Of a stretch of 64,000 nt of DNA, positions 10,718-20,203 are shown in pieces. Every line of letters begins with the position of its first letter. Positions within the stretch are counted from its first letter, which is position 1. A program made the position numbers and the translations under genes. The stretch lies in NCBI GenBank assembly GCA_963775465.1, contig CAVZIW010000012.1:32001-96000 (forward strand), read 5' to 3'. Source of the stretch: Candidatus Bathyarchaeota archaeon (GTDB lineage Archaea; Thermoproteota; Bathyarchaeia; Bathyarchaeales; Bathycorpusculaceae). Below the pieces are notes generated by a model that had not been told where the DNA came from, did not search any database, and saw nothing but the letters and a program-made list of their open reading frames with translations.

Positions 10718-10957
10718 CTAAACAGATTTGCCAAACAGACTTTGGCCTAAAAAGATTTGCGTATTCATCAGCTAAATAAGTGCTCTATATTTTTTGTTTT
10801 TGGCTCGTTACATCAAATAATAAGAATAATGCAAAAGGATAGTTACAACTTGGTTTATTTGAACATCGAACTCTCTTATTGGAAACCTATTTGTGTTTAT
10901 TATGCAAAACTTTATAACAGCGCCGAACGTTTTGGATTCTAAAAAGGTAGAATCAAG

Positions 10958-11878
10958 ATGAAATTCGGCACATACATGTTTGAAGCAAAGAAAGTTCCAG
11001 GCTTCGACTATGACCTTTTCCGAGTTAAACCAGAAGTAGGCAGACGAATGCCACCTAAGGCAGATATGCACAGCAACATTGCAATCTTCGGAGACAACGT
11101 TACCGCACGTATCCACCCAGACTGGATCAGTCAATCAGACCTTGGTCCAGCGTGGAGAACCAACGACAACTATAATGTCCGCTGGGAAGTCCTATGCGCA
11201 ACTCAACCTATTCATCGAGCAGAACAACTCGACTACATCGAAGACGTAGCACGCAAAAGCCAAGGCATATGGTTAAACAGCATTCACTTCGCAGAACACG
11301 GCCACTGCACATGCCCACGATGCAAAGAACTCCACGCAAAAAGTGGCTTAAGCTGGTACGAATGGAGACGCAAAGAAATAACTGACTATATGGCACAGGT
11401 AAGCGACCGCGTACGCAACAAAGCAAAGAAGAAATTCGTTATCGGCGTGCTTCCAGACCCAGTAACAAACTATGAACGTTTCGGCGTTAACTTTGACGAC
11501 CTCGGACCACTTACCGACGAATTCCTCGTTGTTATGTTCAGCAAAAACTATGCAACACCCTGGTATTGGGAAATGCTCGTACGCAACTTTAAGAAACTCT
11601 TCAAAGACGTCAAGCTAAACTGCGCATTGTACGTAATAGGGCCCGGCGATGATCCAAAAGAAACTCCAACTCCAAGCGAACTCTTAACAGTCTCAGTTCG
11701 TATGGCACGCGCAGGCGCAGACGGTATCTTGTACTTAACGGATAAAGCAGCACAAATGCAGGAATTCCAGAAAGCAGCAATCGCACAGAAAGATACTCGG
11801 GAACGCTTAGTGAGCTACGGCGGCAAAGCTGGTCAAGAAGTTCTTGACTTAGTTACAAGCTGGGAAAAACTCTTCTAA
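10958..11878 (+). CDS. Hypothetical protein, probable TIM-barrel (glycoside hydrolase-like) with a CxCxxC motif
   Basis: 306-aa ORF with GIWLNSIHF..HCTCPRC, resembling the layout of GHL10/DUF187-type barrels. The fold is inferred. Confidence 0.55.
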   Translation: MKFGTYMFEAKKVPGFDYDLFRVKPEVGRRMPPKADMHSNIAIFGDNVTARIHPDWISQSDLGPAWRTNDNYNVRWEVLCATQPIHRAEQLDYIEDVARKSQGIWLNSIHFAEHGHCTCPRCKELHAKSGLSWYEWRRKEITDYMAQVSDRVRNKAKKKFVIGVLPDPVTNYERFGVNFDDLGPLTDEFLVVMFSKNYATPWYWEMLVRNFKKLFKDVKLNCALYVIGPGDDPKETPTPSELLTVSVRMARAGADGILYLTDKAAQMQEFQKAAIAQKDTRERLVSYGGKAGQEVLDLVTSWEKLF

Positions 11879-11967
11879 AAATCTATAAAACCGTTGCAGG
11901 CAGAAACAACCTAAAAGTGGCATAAAAAACCACCAGGCTGCCTTTTTTATTAAATCCTTAGGGTCTC

Positions 11968-12047
11968 GCAAAATTTGTTGTGTCATTATTCTCAAAAAAA
12001 TCTGTTTGTCTGCTAGAACAACACCTAAAAAATTCTTGTTGTTCTTC
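11968..12047. repeat. Dispersed intergenic hairpin element, copy A
   Basis: GCAAAATTT.TTGTGTCATTATT...TCTGCT-AGAACAACA-CCTAAAAAATTCT-TGTTGTTCT-TC; matches 50705-50790. Confidence 0.85.
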
Positions 12048-12346
12048 CAACCCTTCAATCCACAGAGATGCAGCTTTGGAGCCTGAAATTGCATAATTGT
12101 TCCCGGAGATTTTTCTCTTCTACAAGATAATGTGACTTCTTCATTTCTGGGGCTGATTAAAAGACTATGTGGTAGTCGTTTTCTAATCGTTAAATTCTGA
12201 TTGCTCTTAGACGTCTATGTCTTGGATTTTCCGTCTTTTAGTTTCTGTAGAAGCGATTGTTTTGTTTCCGAAAACCTGACAACTTCCCTGCTTTCATACA
12301 AGAACATTATAAAGCAGTTAAATTATGCATTCCTCTAAAATCCTGT

Positions 12347-12778
12347 TTAATGGATATATCCCAAGTTTTTGTTTTGTGATTCGTTAATTTCCTTTAGTGA
12401 TTCGTATTGTGCTTCAATTAAGATTTTAAGTGCATCTATGTTCTTTTTTATGTCTTCAACTTCTCCGCTCTTTGCTAGTGCACCAGAAGTGGTTATTTGT
12501 TCGTTGATTTTGTCCACTGAGACTTCGAGAACTCTGACTTTAAAAGCAAAAATTTGAAGCGAATATAGTATGCTTAGTTGAGAATTTAGTCGCTCTAACC
12601 TTTCTAAATCGATTGTTTTTCGTATAAAGGCCTTAATTTTTTGTTCTTCATTGGCATCAGCTGAATGTTGAAGCTGTTCAAAAATTGTTGCGTGTCTTTT
12701 TGATGCCTCTTTTGTTTCATCAACAACTTTTTGAATTCGCTTTGCAGTTTTTTCTAACAATTCTAAGACTTCGTCCAA
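12347..12778 (-). CDS. Hypothetical coiled-coil protein
   Basis: 143-aa, E/K/L-rich, heptad-like ORF with an upstream GAGG and TATA-like box. Confidence 0.7.
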   Translation of the reverse strand: MDEVLELLEKTAKRIQKVVDETKEASKRHATIFEQLQHSADANEEQKIKAFIRKTIDLERLERLNSQLSILYSLQIFAFKVRVLEVSVDKINEQITTSGALAKSGEVEDIKKNIDALKILIEAQYESLKEINESQNKNLGYIH

Positions 12779-12926
12779 TCCACGTTTCCCTCAAATTTTT
12801 GTTATCGATTATCGCATCAAACTGTAACACCCAATATATATAACTTGATGACAGCAAAATGCTAAGGTTTTTGATGAAGGTTCTTTTTTTCTAAATATAT
12901 TTTAAAAACCATAAATGCTCATCGTT

Positions 12927-13457
12927 TTAGATTGCCGATTTTACGTAATCAACGAGTTGCTTTATGTTCTCTTTTCTAGCAAAATCCATCGGTTTTGAAT
13001 AAGCGGCTAGCATCCCTATTTCATCGGAGGTTTTTTTCTTTTTTAAACTTAGCCTGACTCTGAAAAGCGCCATTATAACTTTATTTGAAAAGTCAAGTTT
13101 GTCGAAATCGAATCCTCCTCTTAGATAAAACAGCTTCAAGTTGCCCTGTTCATCAGATGAGAAATTGTTGTTCATTATTTCACTGACAAGACTTTCTCTT
13201 GGCGGTGAAGCCCCAACAGCAAAAACTACAATCTTTTTATCTGCTAATTTCGGTAGGTTTTCTTTGACGAGTTTTATTCCGTTTATTCCGACAGCATGCA
13301 AACTTCCACCAAAAATAATAGTTGAATAATCTGAAAGCTTTTGGGCACCGAATTCTTTGGCATCATAGATGTCAGCATTGCATTCTTCAGCAATCCACTC
13401 TGCGTATTTTTTTGTAAAGCCAGATATTGACCTGTAAATCACAACAGCTTGCAGCAA
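12927..13457 (-). CDS. Flavodoxin-domain protein (HemG-like)
   Basis: IYRSISGFTKKYAEWIA, IFGGSLHA and FYLRGGFD motifs. Confidence 0.88.
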   Translation of the reverse strand: MLQAVVIYRSISGFTKKYAEWIAEECNADIYDAKEFGAQKLSDYSTIIFGGSLHAVGINGIKLVKENLPKLADKKIVVFAVGASPPRESLVSEIMNNNFSSDEQGNLKLFYLRGGFDFDKLDFSNKVIMALFRVRLSLKKKKTSDEIGMLAAYSKPMDFARKENIKQLVDYVKSAI

Positions 13458-13659
13458 GAGATCATCGTGCCTAGGTGTCTTTGTTTAGATAAAAGCTTTA
13501 GCAAATCTACCAACAGAAAGCTCTTACATTTTGGTTTTTGAACCGACAACCTGATGCAGCCAAAAGTTCCTCGAAAACCATAATCATAGGAAGTACAGCG
13601 GCAGCAAAAAATTAAAGCGTTAGCCAACAATTCTGTCCAATAGCAGAGGATGATTATCT

Positions 13660-14502
13660 TTGGCGGTCTTGGTGACTAAAGCGGATTGCTCTAAACAACT
13701 TTTTGATGAAGAAAAAATAGTTCGAACTTGCTTGAGAATGGGGGCTAGTCGTGAAGATGCAGTTCAAATTGCGCAGCAAGTAGAAAAAAAAATTTACGAT
13801 GGTATAACAACAAGAAAAATCCTTCAGATGATTTATTCTTTAATGCGTAAGCAAAAGCCTGCAATCAAACATCTCTTTGACCTCAAGCATGGCATAAGCT
13901 TAATGGTGCCCAAGCCCGAATTCGAAGCTTTTGTTAGAATCCTCTTAGTTCATAGCGGCTTTAAAGTTGAGCCCAACACGATTCTTAGGGGTTTATGTGG
14001 GGAGCATGAAGCAGATGCGATAGCTACCAAAGATGGGTTGACTCATTTTGTAGAAGTAAAACATCACAGCAGCTACCATGCTTTGACTGGACTTGACGAG
14101 AGTCGAATCGCTAGAGCAATCTTAGAAGACGTAACAGAAGGCTATTCGAATGGTCTTACCAGAATCAAAATCGATCGAGCGATGATAGTGACTAACACTA
14201 GATATTCCAAGCATGCTATAAATTATGGTCGTTGTCGCGATATTCTTCAGGTGGGATGGGCTTCTCCTGAATTTTTAGGGTTAAGAGAAATGGTTGAGAA
14301 ACACAGGTTGTATCCTTTGAGCTGTTTGAAAGGGATAAGTGCAAAAGTAAGGCTACGTTTGGTTGAAGCTGGTATCGTTGTCATTAAACAGTTGCTAGAA
14401 CAAGACTTGCGATACCTCGAGAGAAAAACTGAGTTACCTCGAGAAGCTGTTTTGTCAATAATGGAAAAAGCTAGGCATACCACTGATACTTTGTGGTTTT
14501 AG
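13660..14502 (+). CDS. ATP-cone plus Mrr-like PD-(D/E)xK nuclease domain protein
   Basis: N-terminal VTKAD..F.EEKI (ATP cone); FE, HEADAIA..FVEVK and IVTNT (Mrr catalytic domain); C-terminal HhH-like LKGIS..L.EAGI. Confidence 0.8.
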   Translation: MAVLVTKADCSKQLFDEEKIVRTCLRMGASREDAVQIAQQVEKKIYDGITTRKILQMIYSLMRKQKPAIKHLFDLKHGISLMVPKPEFEAFVRILLVHSGFKVEPNTILRGLCGEHEADAIATKDGLTHFVEVKHHSSYHALTGLDESRIARAILEDVTEGYSNGLTRIKIDRAMIVTNTRYSKHAINYGRCRDILQVGWASPEFLGLREMVEKHRLYPLSCLKGISAKVRLRLVEAGIVVIKQLLEQDLRYLERKTELPREAVLSIMEKARHTTDTLWF

Positions 14503-14615
14503 CTTTGTAGAATGAATTAGTAAAACTCAGCTTACTAACCCTGTGTAAGGCTTAGTAGAAGCTTGTTGACTCACTATTTCCTTCGGATAATCAGTGAAGA
14601 AACGTGTTTAGCTTG

Positions 14616-15540
14616 TTATAATATGGAAGAAATCAAGTATGCCACTAGCAGTATATTGAATAAGAATAGTGCAGCAATGTTCAAGTTTGCAAAAGTAGTT
14701 AATTGTTTTTTCTTTCCAAATTTTATGGCCCCAAAGAAAATCGTCGCCAAAGTCACCATTGAGAGACCAAAAACCACTCCGAGATCCAAAAGTCCGAATT
14801 CTCCGAATAAGCAATAATATGAAAATAACGCAACTGAGACCAGTGTCGAAAGGATTAGGATTATTCTGAGAATTTGTTGAGGACCACTCCGAACAGACAG
14901 AGTATTCTTACCAATTCTCGCATCCGATGTAGAGTCTGGAACGTGTAGACTTAAACTAAGAATGAATCCGTACATCATGAAGGGGATTGAGAGGTAAAGA
15001 AATGCAGCGTCAAATTGATTTCTTATTGATAGGTAACCCACTCCAGGTATTACAAAACCTGTAACCCAGGCAACCGCAAGTTCTCCTATTCCTCTGGAGA
15101 TTAAACGCACTGGTGGCGCTGAATAGATCCAACCAATCAAGTTGGCAAAAAACATTATTATGAACAATTCAATAGGCGCGTCTAAGAAGAACACACTTAC
15201 CGCAGCAATCACATTGGAAAAAACAAGCAACAGATATGGAAATGTTTCGGGATAACAAGCGCAAACTTGGGTTTCCCACAAGGATCTTGCTGCCTCCGAA
15301 GAATTTTCTCTTCTCAGATTGCTCATCTATTTCAACATCGAAATAATCGTTACTAAAATGAGTGGACAAGTCTCCAAAAAAAACGGTTGCATATCCAAAG
15401 GCAACAATTTCAAACCTAAAAATTCCGCCTTCAATAATTGCAAGAAGAGCCCCAATTGAGAAAGCCAAAGCTCCTCCAATAATTATGTGGAGACGAATCA
15501 CTCTGAGAACTTTGAGGGCGTTGAAAGTTGGGATTTTCAT
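14616..15540 (-). pseudogene. UbiA/MenA-family prenyltransferase, frameshifted near 15231
   Basis: The 5' frame has NDYFDVEID..GGS; the 3' frame has YSAPP.RL..RG.GEL and PD...D...K.TL.VR. The frames join at ATA TCT G TTG. Confidence 0.8.
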
Positions 15541-15622
15541 TTCTTCTCGAAGCTCGTTTGTCGACATTCCATATGGCTTATTTATTAAACTAAATATTAT
15601 AAGAGTCCAACGGTGGCGAAAA

Positions 15623-16529
15623 ATGAAAAGCCTAAACGCGTTCATCGATCTCACTCGGCTACACTTCTTTTTTGTATGGCCCACCCTTTTCTGCGCTGGG
15701 CTTTTCTTTGCTTACAACTTCTACGAAGGTTTTTCCTTATCAACAATATTTCGTGTTGCACTCATCGGGTTTTTAGGCTTTGAAGCTGGACTAGTCTTGA
15801 ATGATATTGTAGATGCAAGAGTGGATAAGAAAGAAGTGGAAAATGATAAGCTAACGAAGTACTGGAGACTTTTTGGAAGAAGACCGATTTCAGAAGGATT
15901 AATCTCAACGCAAAAAGCCACGATTCTTTTCGGTATTCTAGTTACGTTGACGTCCATTATCATTTTTACGCTTTCATTTCCTCATTCAATTTATGTATTC
16001 ATTATAATGGTAACCTGCTATTGCCTTGAAGTCTTCTATCAACTGAAGAAACGGGCTGAAAGATTCCCTATCGCTCAAATCATCGGCAGAATTGATTTTG
16101 CGCTATTTCTCGTGGCAGGTTACCTTTGTGTGGGTTTTCCCGACATTAACGTCTTGGTTCTGTTCCTTTTCTTTTATCCTCTGGCACTGGCACATTTAGG
16201 AGTCAACGATTTAGTCGATGTTAAAAACGACAAAGCCAAAGAAATGAACACCATACCTACTCATATACAGCATGAAAGCAACAGCTTTTTGGATTGCCGC
16301 TTTTACGATAGTACATGGTATAATGGCAATAGTAATGCTGACATTGCTTAGTAATTTGGCAATAATTGGCTTTATTGCAAGTATTCTACTACTTACGGTG
16401 GGAAACGCTGTTATTATAAAACAGAAAACAGCAATATCCGGAATGAAAGCCCTTCCATTTTTCCATGTTGCTATGCTCATTTACGCGATTACAATAATAG
16501 CCAGCTATTTAGTTGCAGCCACATCATAG
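15623..16529 (+). pseudogene. UbiA-family prenyltransferase, frameshifted near 16263
   Basis: NDIVDARVD..RRPISEG and NDLVDVKND aspartate-rich motifs. The C-terminal TM helices continue in ORF 16272-16529. Confidence 0.8.
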
Positions 16530-16664
16530 CAACTCCAAAAAACAACTTTCATTATGTGCTAACTAGAGCGATGGGTAAAAATGAAATCTCGATTTAATGT
16601 TCGCTTTTACTTGAGACTAATTGCAAATCTGGACTCAGAATTTACAAATTAACCTCGATTCGAA

Positions 16665-18002
16665 TTAAGATCCCTCACATATGGTGTCTATATTCTCTAA
16701 AATAGGGATTTCAACCCCGTTGACATCAAATACAGTTACTCTTGGAATGGGCACTACAAAGCGCCCGCCCCATTCGCCAATATATGAGGTTTGATTGATT
16801 ATTTCTTCTTTTATGTTCCAAGGAAGGATTAGCACATAGTCAGGTTTGGTTTCTTTGATTCTATCTGGAAGCAGGATTGGTATGTGAGTTCCTGGAAGAA
16901 ATTTTCCTTGTTTGTATGGGTTTTTGTCAACAGTGTACTCCAGAAGGTCTGCGCTTACGCCGCAAGAATTGAGAAGGGTGTTACCTTTTCCAGGTGCACC
17001 GTATCCAACAATTGTTTTTTTGTTTCTTTTGAGAGTTAATAAGAAATCTTTGAGGCTTTTCTCTATTTCTTTTACTTTTTCTGAAAATGATACATAGGTT
17101 TCTAAGTTGGCGAGACCAGCTAATTTTTCTTTGCTTCGTAATTCAGCTACATTAATTGTCACTGTTTTGGAGGGGTCTTTGTCGTCGATGTGTCGGGCGT
17201 AAATTCTTAGTGAACCTCCATGGGTGGATAGGGTTTCAACATCGTAGATTTTTAGTCCATGGCGTGCAAATATTTTTTCGACTGTGAATAATGAGAAGTA
17301 TGAGAAATGTTCGTGGTATATGGTGTCAAATTGGTTTTCTTCTATCAAGCGTAGTAGATGGGGAAATTCCATGGTGATTACGCCCGATGGTTTAAGTAGG
17401 GTCTTCATGCCGTCTACGAATCCGTTGAGATCTGGCACTTGAGCTAAAACGTTGTTGCCTATTATTAGGTCTGCTTGTTTGTTTTCTTTTACCAGTTCAA
17501 GAGAAGTTTCCAAATTGAAGAATTTTACGAGTGTTGGTATCCCTTTTTCTTTTGCAACTTTGGCTACGTTTGCTGCTGGTTCTACGCCTAGAACTGGAAT
17601 TCCTTTTTGTTTGATATATTGAAGAAGGTATCCGTCGTTGCTTGCTATTTCAACCACTTGGCTTTTTTGGTCTAATCCAAGTTTTTTTACAATCATTTCT
17701 GCGTATTTTTTGGCATGATCTAACCATGTTTTTGAGTATGAAGAGAAATACGCGTATTCTGTAAAGATTTTTTTGGGCGCTACAAATTCTTCCAGTTGAA
17801 CTAGAAAACACTTATTGCAAACGTATACATGTAGGGGGTAGACTGATTCTTTTTGGTTTTTTTGTTCTGGTCCAATGAAGCTTTCGCAGGGTGGTTGGGA
17901 GCCTAAATCTACTAATGTAAACTGTAATGGTTCTCCGCAGAATCTGCAATGTGAATAAGACGATTTTTGGATTACTTGAGGCTGCAATAAAGTCGGATAC
18001 AT
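16665..18002 (-). CDS. NDP-hexose C-methyltransferase-like class I SAM methyltransferase
   Basis: Zn-binding CRFC..C..C N-terminus, EIASNDG, YHEH, HGGSLR, YGAPGKGNT and LPWN motifs. Confidence 0.9.
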   Translation of the reverse strand: MYPTLLQPQVIQKSSYSHCRFCGEPLQFTLVDLGSQPPCESFIGPEQKNQKESVYPLHVYVCNKCFLVQLEEFVAPKKIFTEYAYFSSYSKTWLDHAKKYAEMIVKKLGLDQKSQVVEIASNDGYLLQYIKQKGIPVLGVEPAANVAKVAKEKGIPTLVKFFNLETSLELVKENKQADLIIGNNVLAQVPDLNGFVDGMKTLLKPSGVITMEFPHLLRLIEENQFDTIYHEHFSYFSLFTVEKIFARHGLKIYDVETLSTHGGSLRIYARHIDDKDPSKTVTINVAELRSKEKLAGLANLETYVSFSEKVKEIEKSLKDFLLTLKRNKKTIVGYGAPGKGNTLLNSCGVSADLLEYTVDKNPYKQGKFLPGTHIPILLPDRIKETKPDYVLILPWNIKEEIINQTSYIGEWGGRFVVPIPRVTVFDVNGVEIPILENIDTICEGS

Positions 18003-18292
18003 TCTAATTCACAATCCAATCGTACGACATACTACTATTCACGCGATATATAGGGAAAATTCCTTTCTTGCAATATTGCTGAATCGAAAATATGATTTTA
18101 AAGAATTATTAGGATCGACAAAAAATTAATTGGTCAATAAACGAAAAATCAACATATGAATAAAAAGAAATGTTTTTGTTTTGAACTAGAAGCTGGAGCT
18201 CTTCCAGCGAGCATTTTTTTGAAGTTTAGTACGGTTACAGAAATCAATAAGGAATCATAGAGTTCAAATCAAAACTTGCCTGATAAAAAAGA

Positions 18293-18374
18293 GTGGACCT
18301 AAGGGATTTGAAACCATTTGGGGGCAAGCCAATATTTCTCGAACCTCAAATTGGTTCAAGTCCTCTGAGTTCAC
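18293..18374. repeat. Imperfect inverted repeat made of two tRNA-3'-end-like arms (att-like)
   Basis: The left arm GTGGACCTAAGGGATTTGAAACCATTTGGGG resembles the tRNA-Ala end GTGGACCGGGGGGGATTTGAACCC. The right arm CCTCAAATTGGTTCAAGTCCTCTGAGTTCAC is its near reverse complement. Confidence 0.7.
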
Positions 18375-18541
18375 CCCAAATTTGAGCAATGGATCTCATT
18401 TTTGGAGTCAGAAAAACATGCTATATGCAGCAAGCCTGCATACTGTTGAGGTGTAGCTACTTTTTGGTGTTGCGATAAATGTTACCATTACATTATTAAG
18501 TTAAATGAAATATTTATATTGATTGTAATGGTAAAAAGACT

Positions 18542-19393
18542 GTGCGAATAATCAAACGCAGAAAAGGAAAAACAGAGTATTTCTATCTGCAACACTCCTA
18601 CAGAAAAGAGGGTAAAGTCACAACAAAAGAACTCTACCTGGGCAAAAAGATACCTGACAACATTGAAGAAATCAAATCCAAACTCATGCATGAACCCCAA
18701 AAAGCCCTGTCTGATAAACTAGAAAAAATAAGAAACAATTTTCAGAAAGAATGGAAAAAAGTACCCGAGTCAGCCAAGCAGAAAGACTTGCAAGAGATAT
18801 CCATAGCCTTCACTTATAACACCAATGCTATTGAGGGCTCCACTATAACACTTGAAGAAGCGAGGTTAATACTGGAAGACAAAGTTGCCCCCAATAAACC
18901 ACTTACAGAAATACGGGAAACTGAATCACATGCAACCCTATTTATGCAAATGCTGAAAACAAATGAAAAATTCTCAGAGAAACTTCTGTTGAAATGGCAT
19001 GAGGAAATCTTTAAAGAAACAAAACCTGACATCGCAGGGAAATTTAGAAAATACCCAGTTAGAGTGGGACCATATATAGCACCTGATTGGCAAAACATCG
19101 AAATTCTAATAAAACAACTATTAGCATTCGTTAACAAGTCAAACCTTAATTCTGTAGAACTGGCAGCTAGAGCGCACTACATGTTCGAGAAGATTCATCC
19201 CTTGGGCGATGGAAATGGCAGAATCGGCAGGCTCTTAATGAACTTCATCCTGTGGAACAACGGTTATCCAATGCTTATAATAGAGTACAATAGACGAAAA
19301 TCCTACTACAAAGCTCTGCAGCGACCCGAAGAAGGCTTCGTTAATTACTTTGTCAGAAGATATCTGTCAGTGCATAAACAACTGCTAAAATAA
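18542..19393 (+). CDS. Fic domain protein (class II-like)
   Basis: HPLGDGNGRIGR Fic motif and an upstream TNAIEG inhibitory-helix motif. Confidence 0.92.
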   Translation: MRIIKRRKGKTEYFYLQHSYRKEGKVTTKELYLGKKIPDNIEEIKSKLMHEPQKALSDKLEKIRNNFQKEWKKVPESAKQKDLQEISIAFTYNTNAIEGSTITLEEARLILEDKVAPNKPLTEIRETESHATLFMQMLKTNEKFSEKLLLKWHEEIFKETKPDIAGKFRKYPVRVGPYIAPDWQNIEILIKQLLAFVNKSNLNSVELAARAHYMFEKIHPLGDGNGRIGRLLMNFILWNNGYPMLIIEYNRRKSYYKALQRPEEGFVNYFVRRYLSVHKQLLK

Positions 19394-19510
19394 GAAAATA
19401 TTGACTGGGGTAATCACCTCGTTTGCGACTTTATCGGTATAAAATTTTTTAGAAAGCTAAAATAAGCCTGGTCTAAAAAGAACCGGGGTTTATCGGAAAT
19501 CATGTTGAAG

Positions 19511-19584
19511 TGGACCGGGGGGGATTTGAACCCCCGACCTCTTGAGTGCAAGTCAAGCGTTCATACCAGCTGAACTACCGGCCC
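19511..19584 (-). tRNA. tRNA-Ala(TGC), intronless, CCA not fully encoded
   Basis: Cloverleaf GGGCCGG..CTTGA-CTTGCAC-TCAAG..GGTTCAAATCC..CCGGTCCA with the G3:U70 Ala identity pair. Confidence 0.97.
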
Positions 19585-19717
19585 GCCACTTTCCCAAACA
19601 TTAACCGATCAACGATATTTAGGTTTTGCATACAAAAACCTCAGTGGACATAAAATCCAGTTAAAATGTTATATTAAACAAATTAAATTAACAATTGGAC
19701 AGTAAGGTTGAGCTGTA

Positions 19718-20203
19718 ATGGAGTACAAAATTGTAAAGATTGTCCCGCCAAAGGATTGCAACACAATATTGGGCATGGCCCATTTCATAAAAACCCCTGA
19801 AGACCTCTACGAAGCTTTGGTAAACTCCGTGCCCAACATCAACTTTGGCATTGGTTTTTGCGAAGGCTCAGGACCCTGTCTTGTCCGCTATGAAGGAAAC
19901 GATGAGGCACTTCGAAGGTCTGCAGCAGAAAAAGCTCTTGAAATCGGTTGTGGTCACAGTTTCTTAATATACATAAAAAATGCTTACCCACTCAATGTAC
20001 TTGATAAAGTTAAGGCGGTACCTGAAGTCTGCACAATTTACGCAGCAAGTGCTAATCCATTGGAGGTTTTAATCGTTGAAACCGCAGGGGGACGGGGCAT
20101 AGTTAGCGTTGTAGATGGTCTTAAAAGTAAGGGTATTGAAACCCAACAGGACATTGAAGAACGCCATACTTTTCTGCGGAAAATAGGCTACAAATTAGGT
20201 TAA
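19718..20203 (+). CDS. Adenosine-specific kinase / DUF355 family protein
   Basis: [33 protein letters not shown] and RKIGYK motifs. Confidence 0.88.
   Translation: MEYKIVKIVPPKDCNTILGMAHFIKTPEDLYEALVNSVPNINFGIGFCEGSGPCLVRYEGNDEALRRSAAEKALEIGCGHSFLIYIKNAYPLNVLDKVKAVPEVCTIYAASANPLEVLIVETAGGRGIVSVVDGLKSKGIETQQDIEERHTFLRKIGYKLG

Noticed and set aside
15362-15684. Long antisense overlap between the two UbiA ORFs
   Set aside because: An ORF-caller extension. The likely starts at 15540 (-) and 15623 (+) do not overlap.
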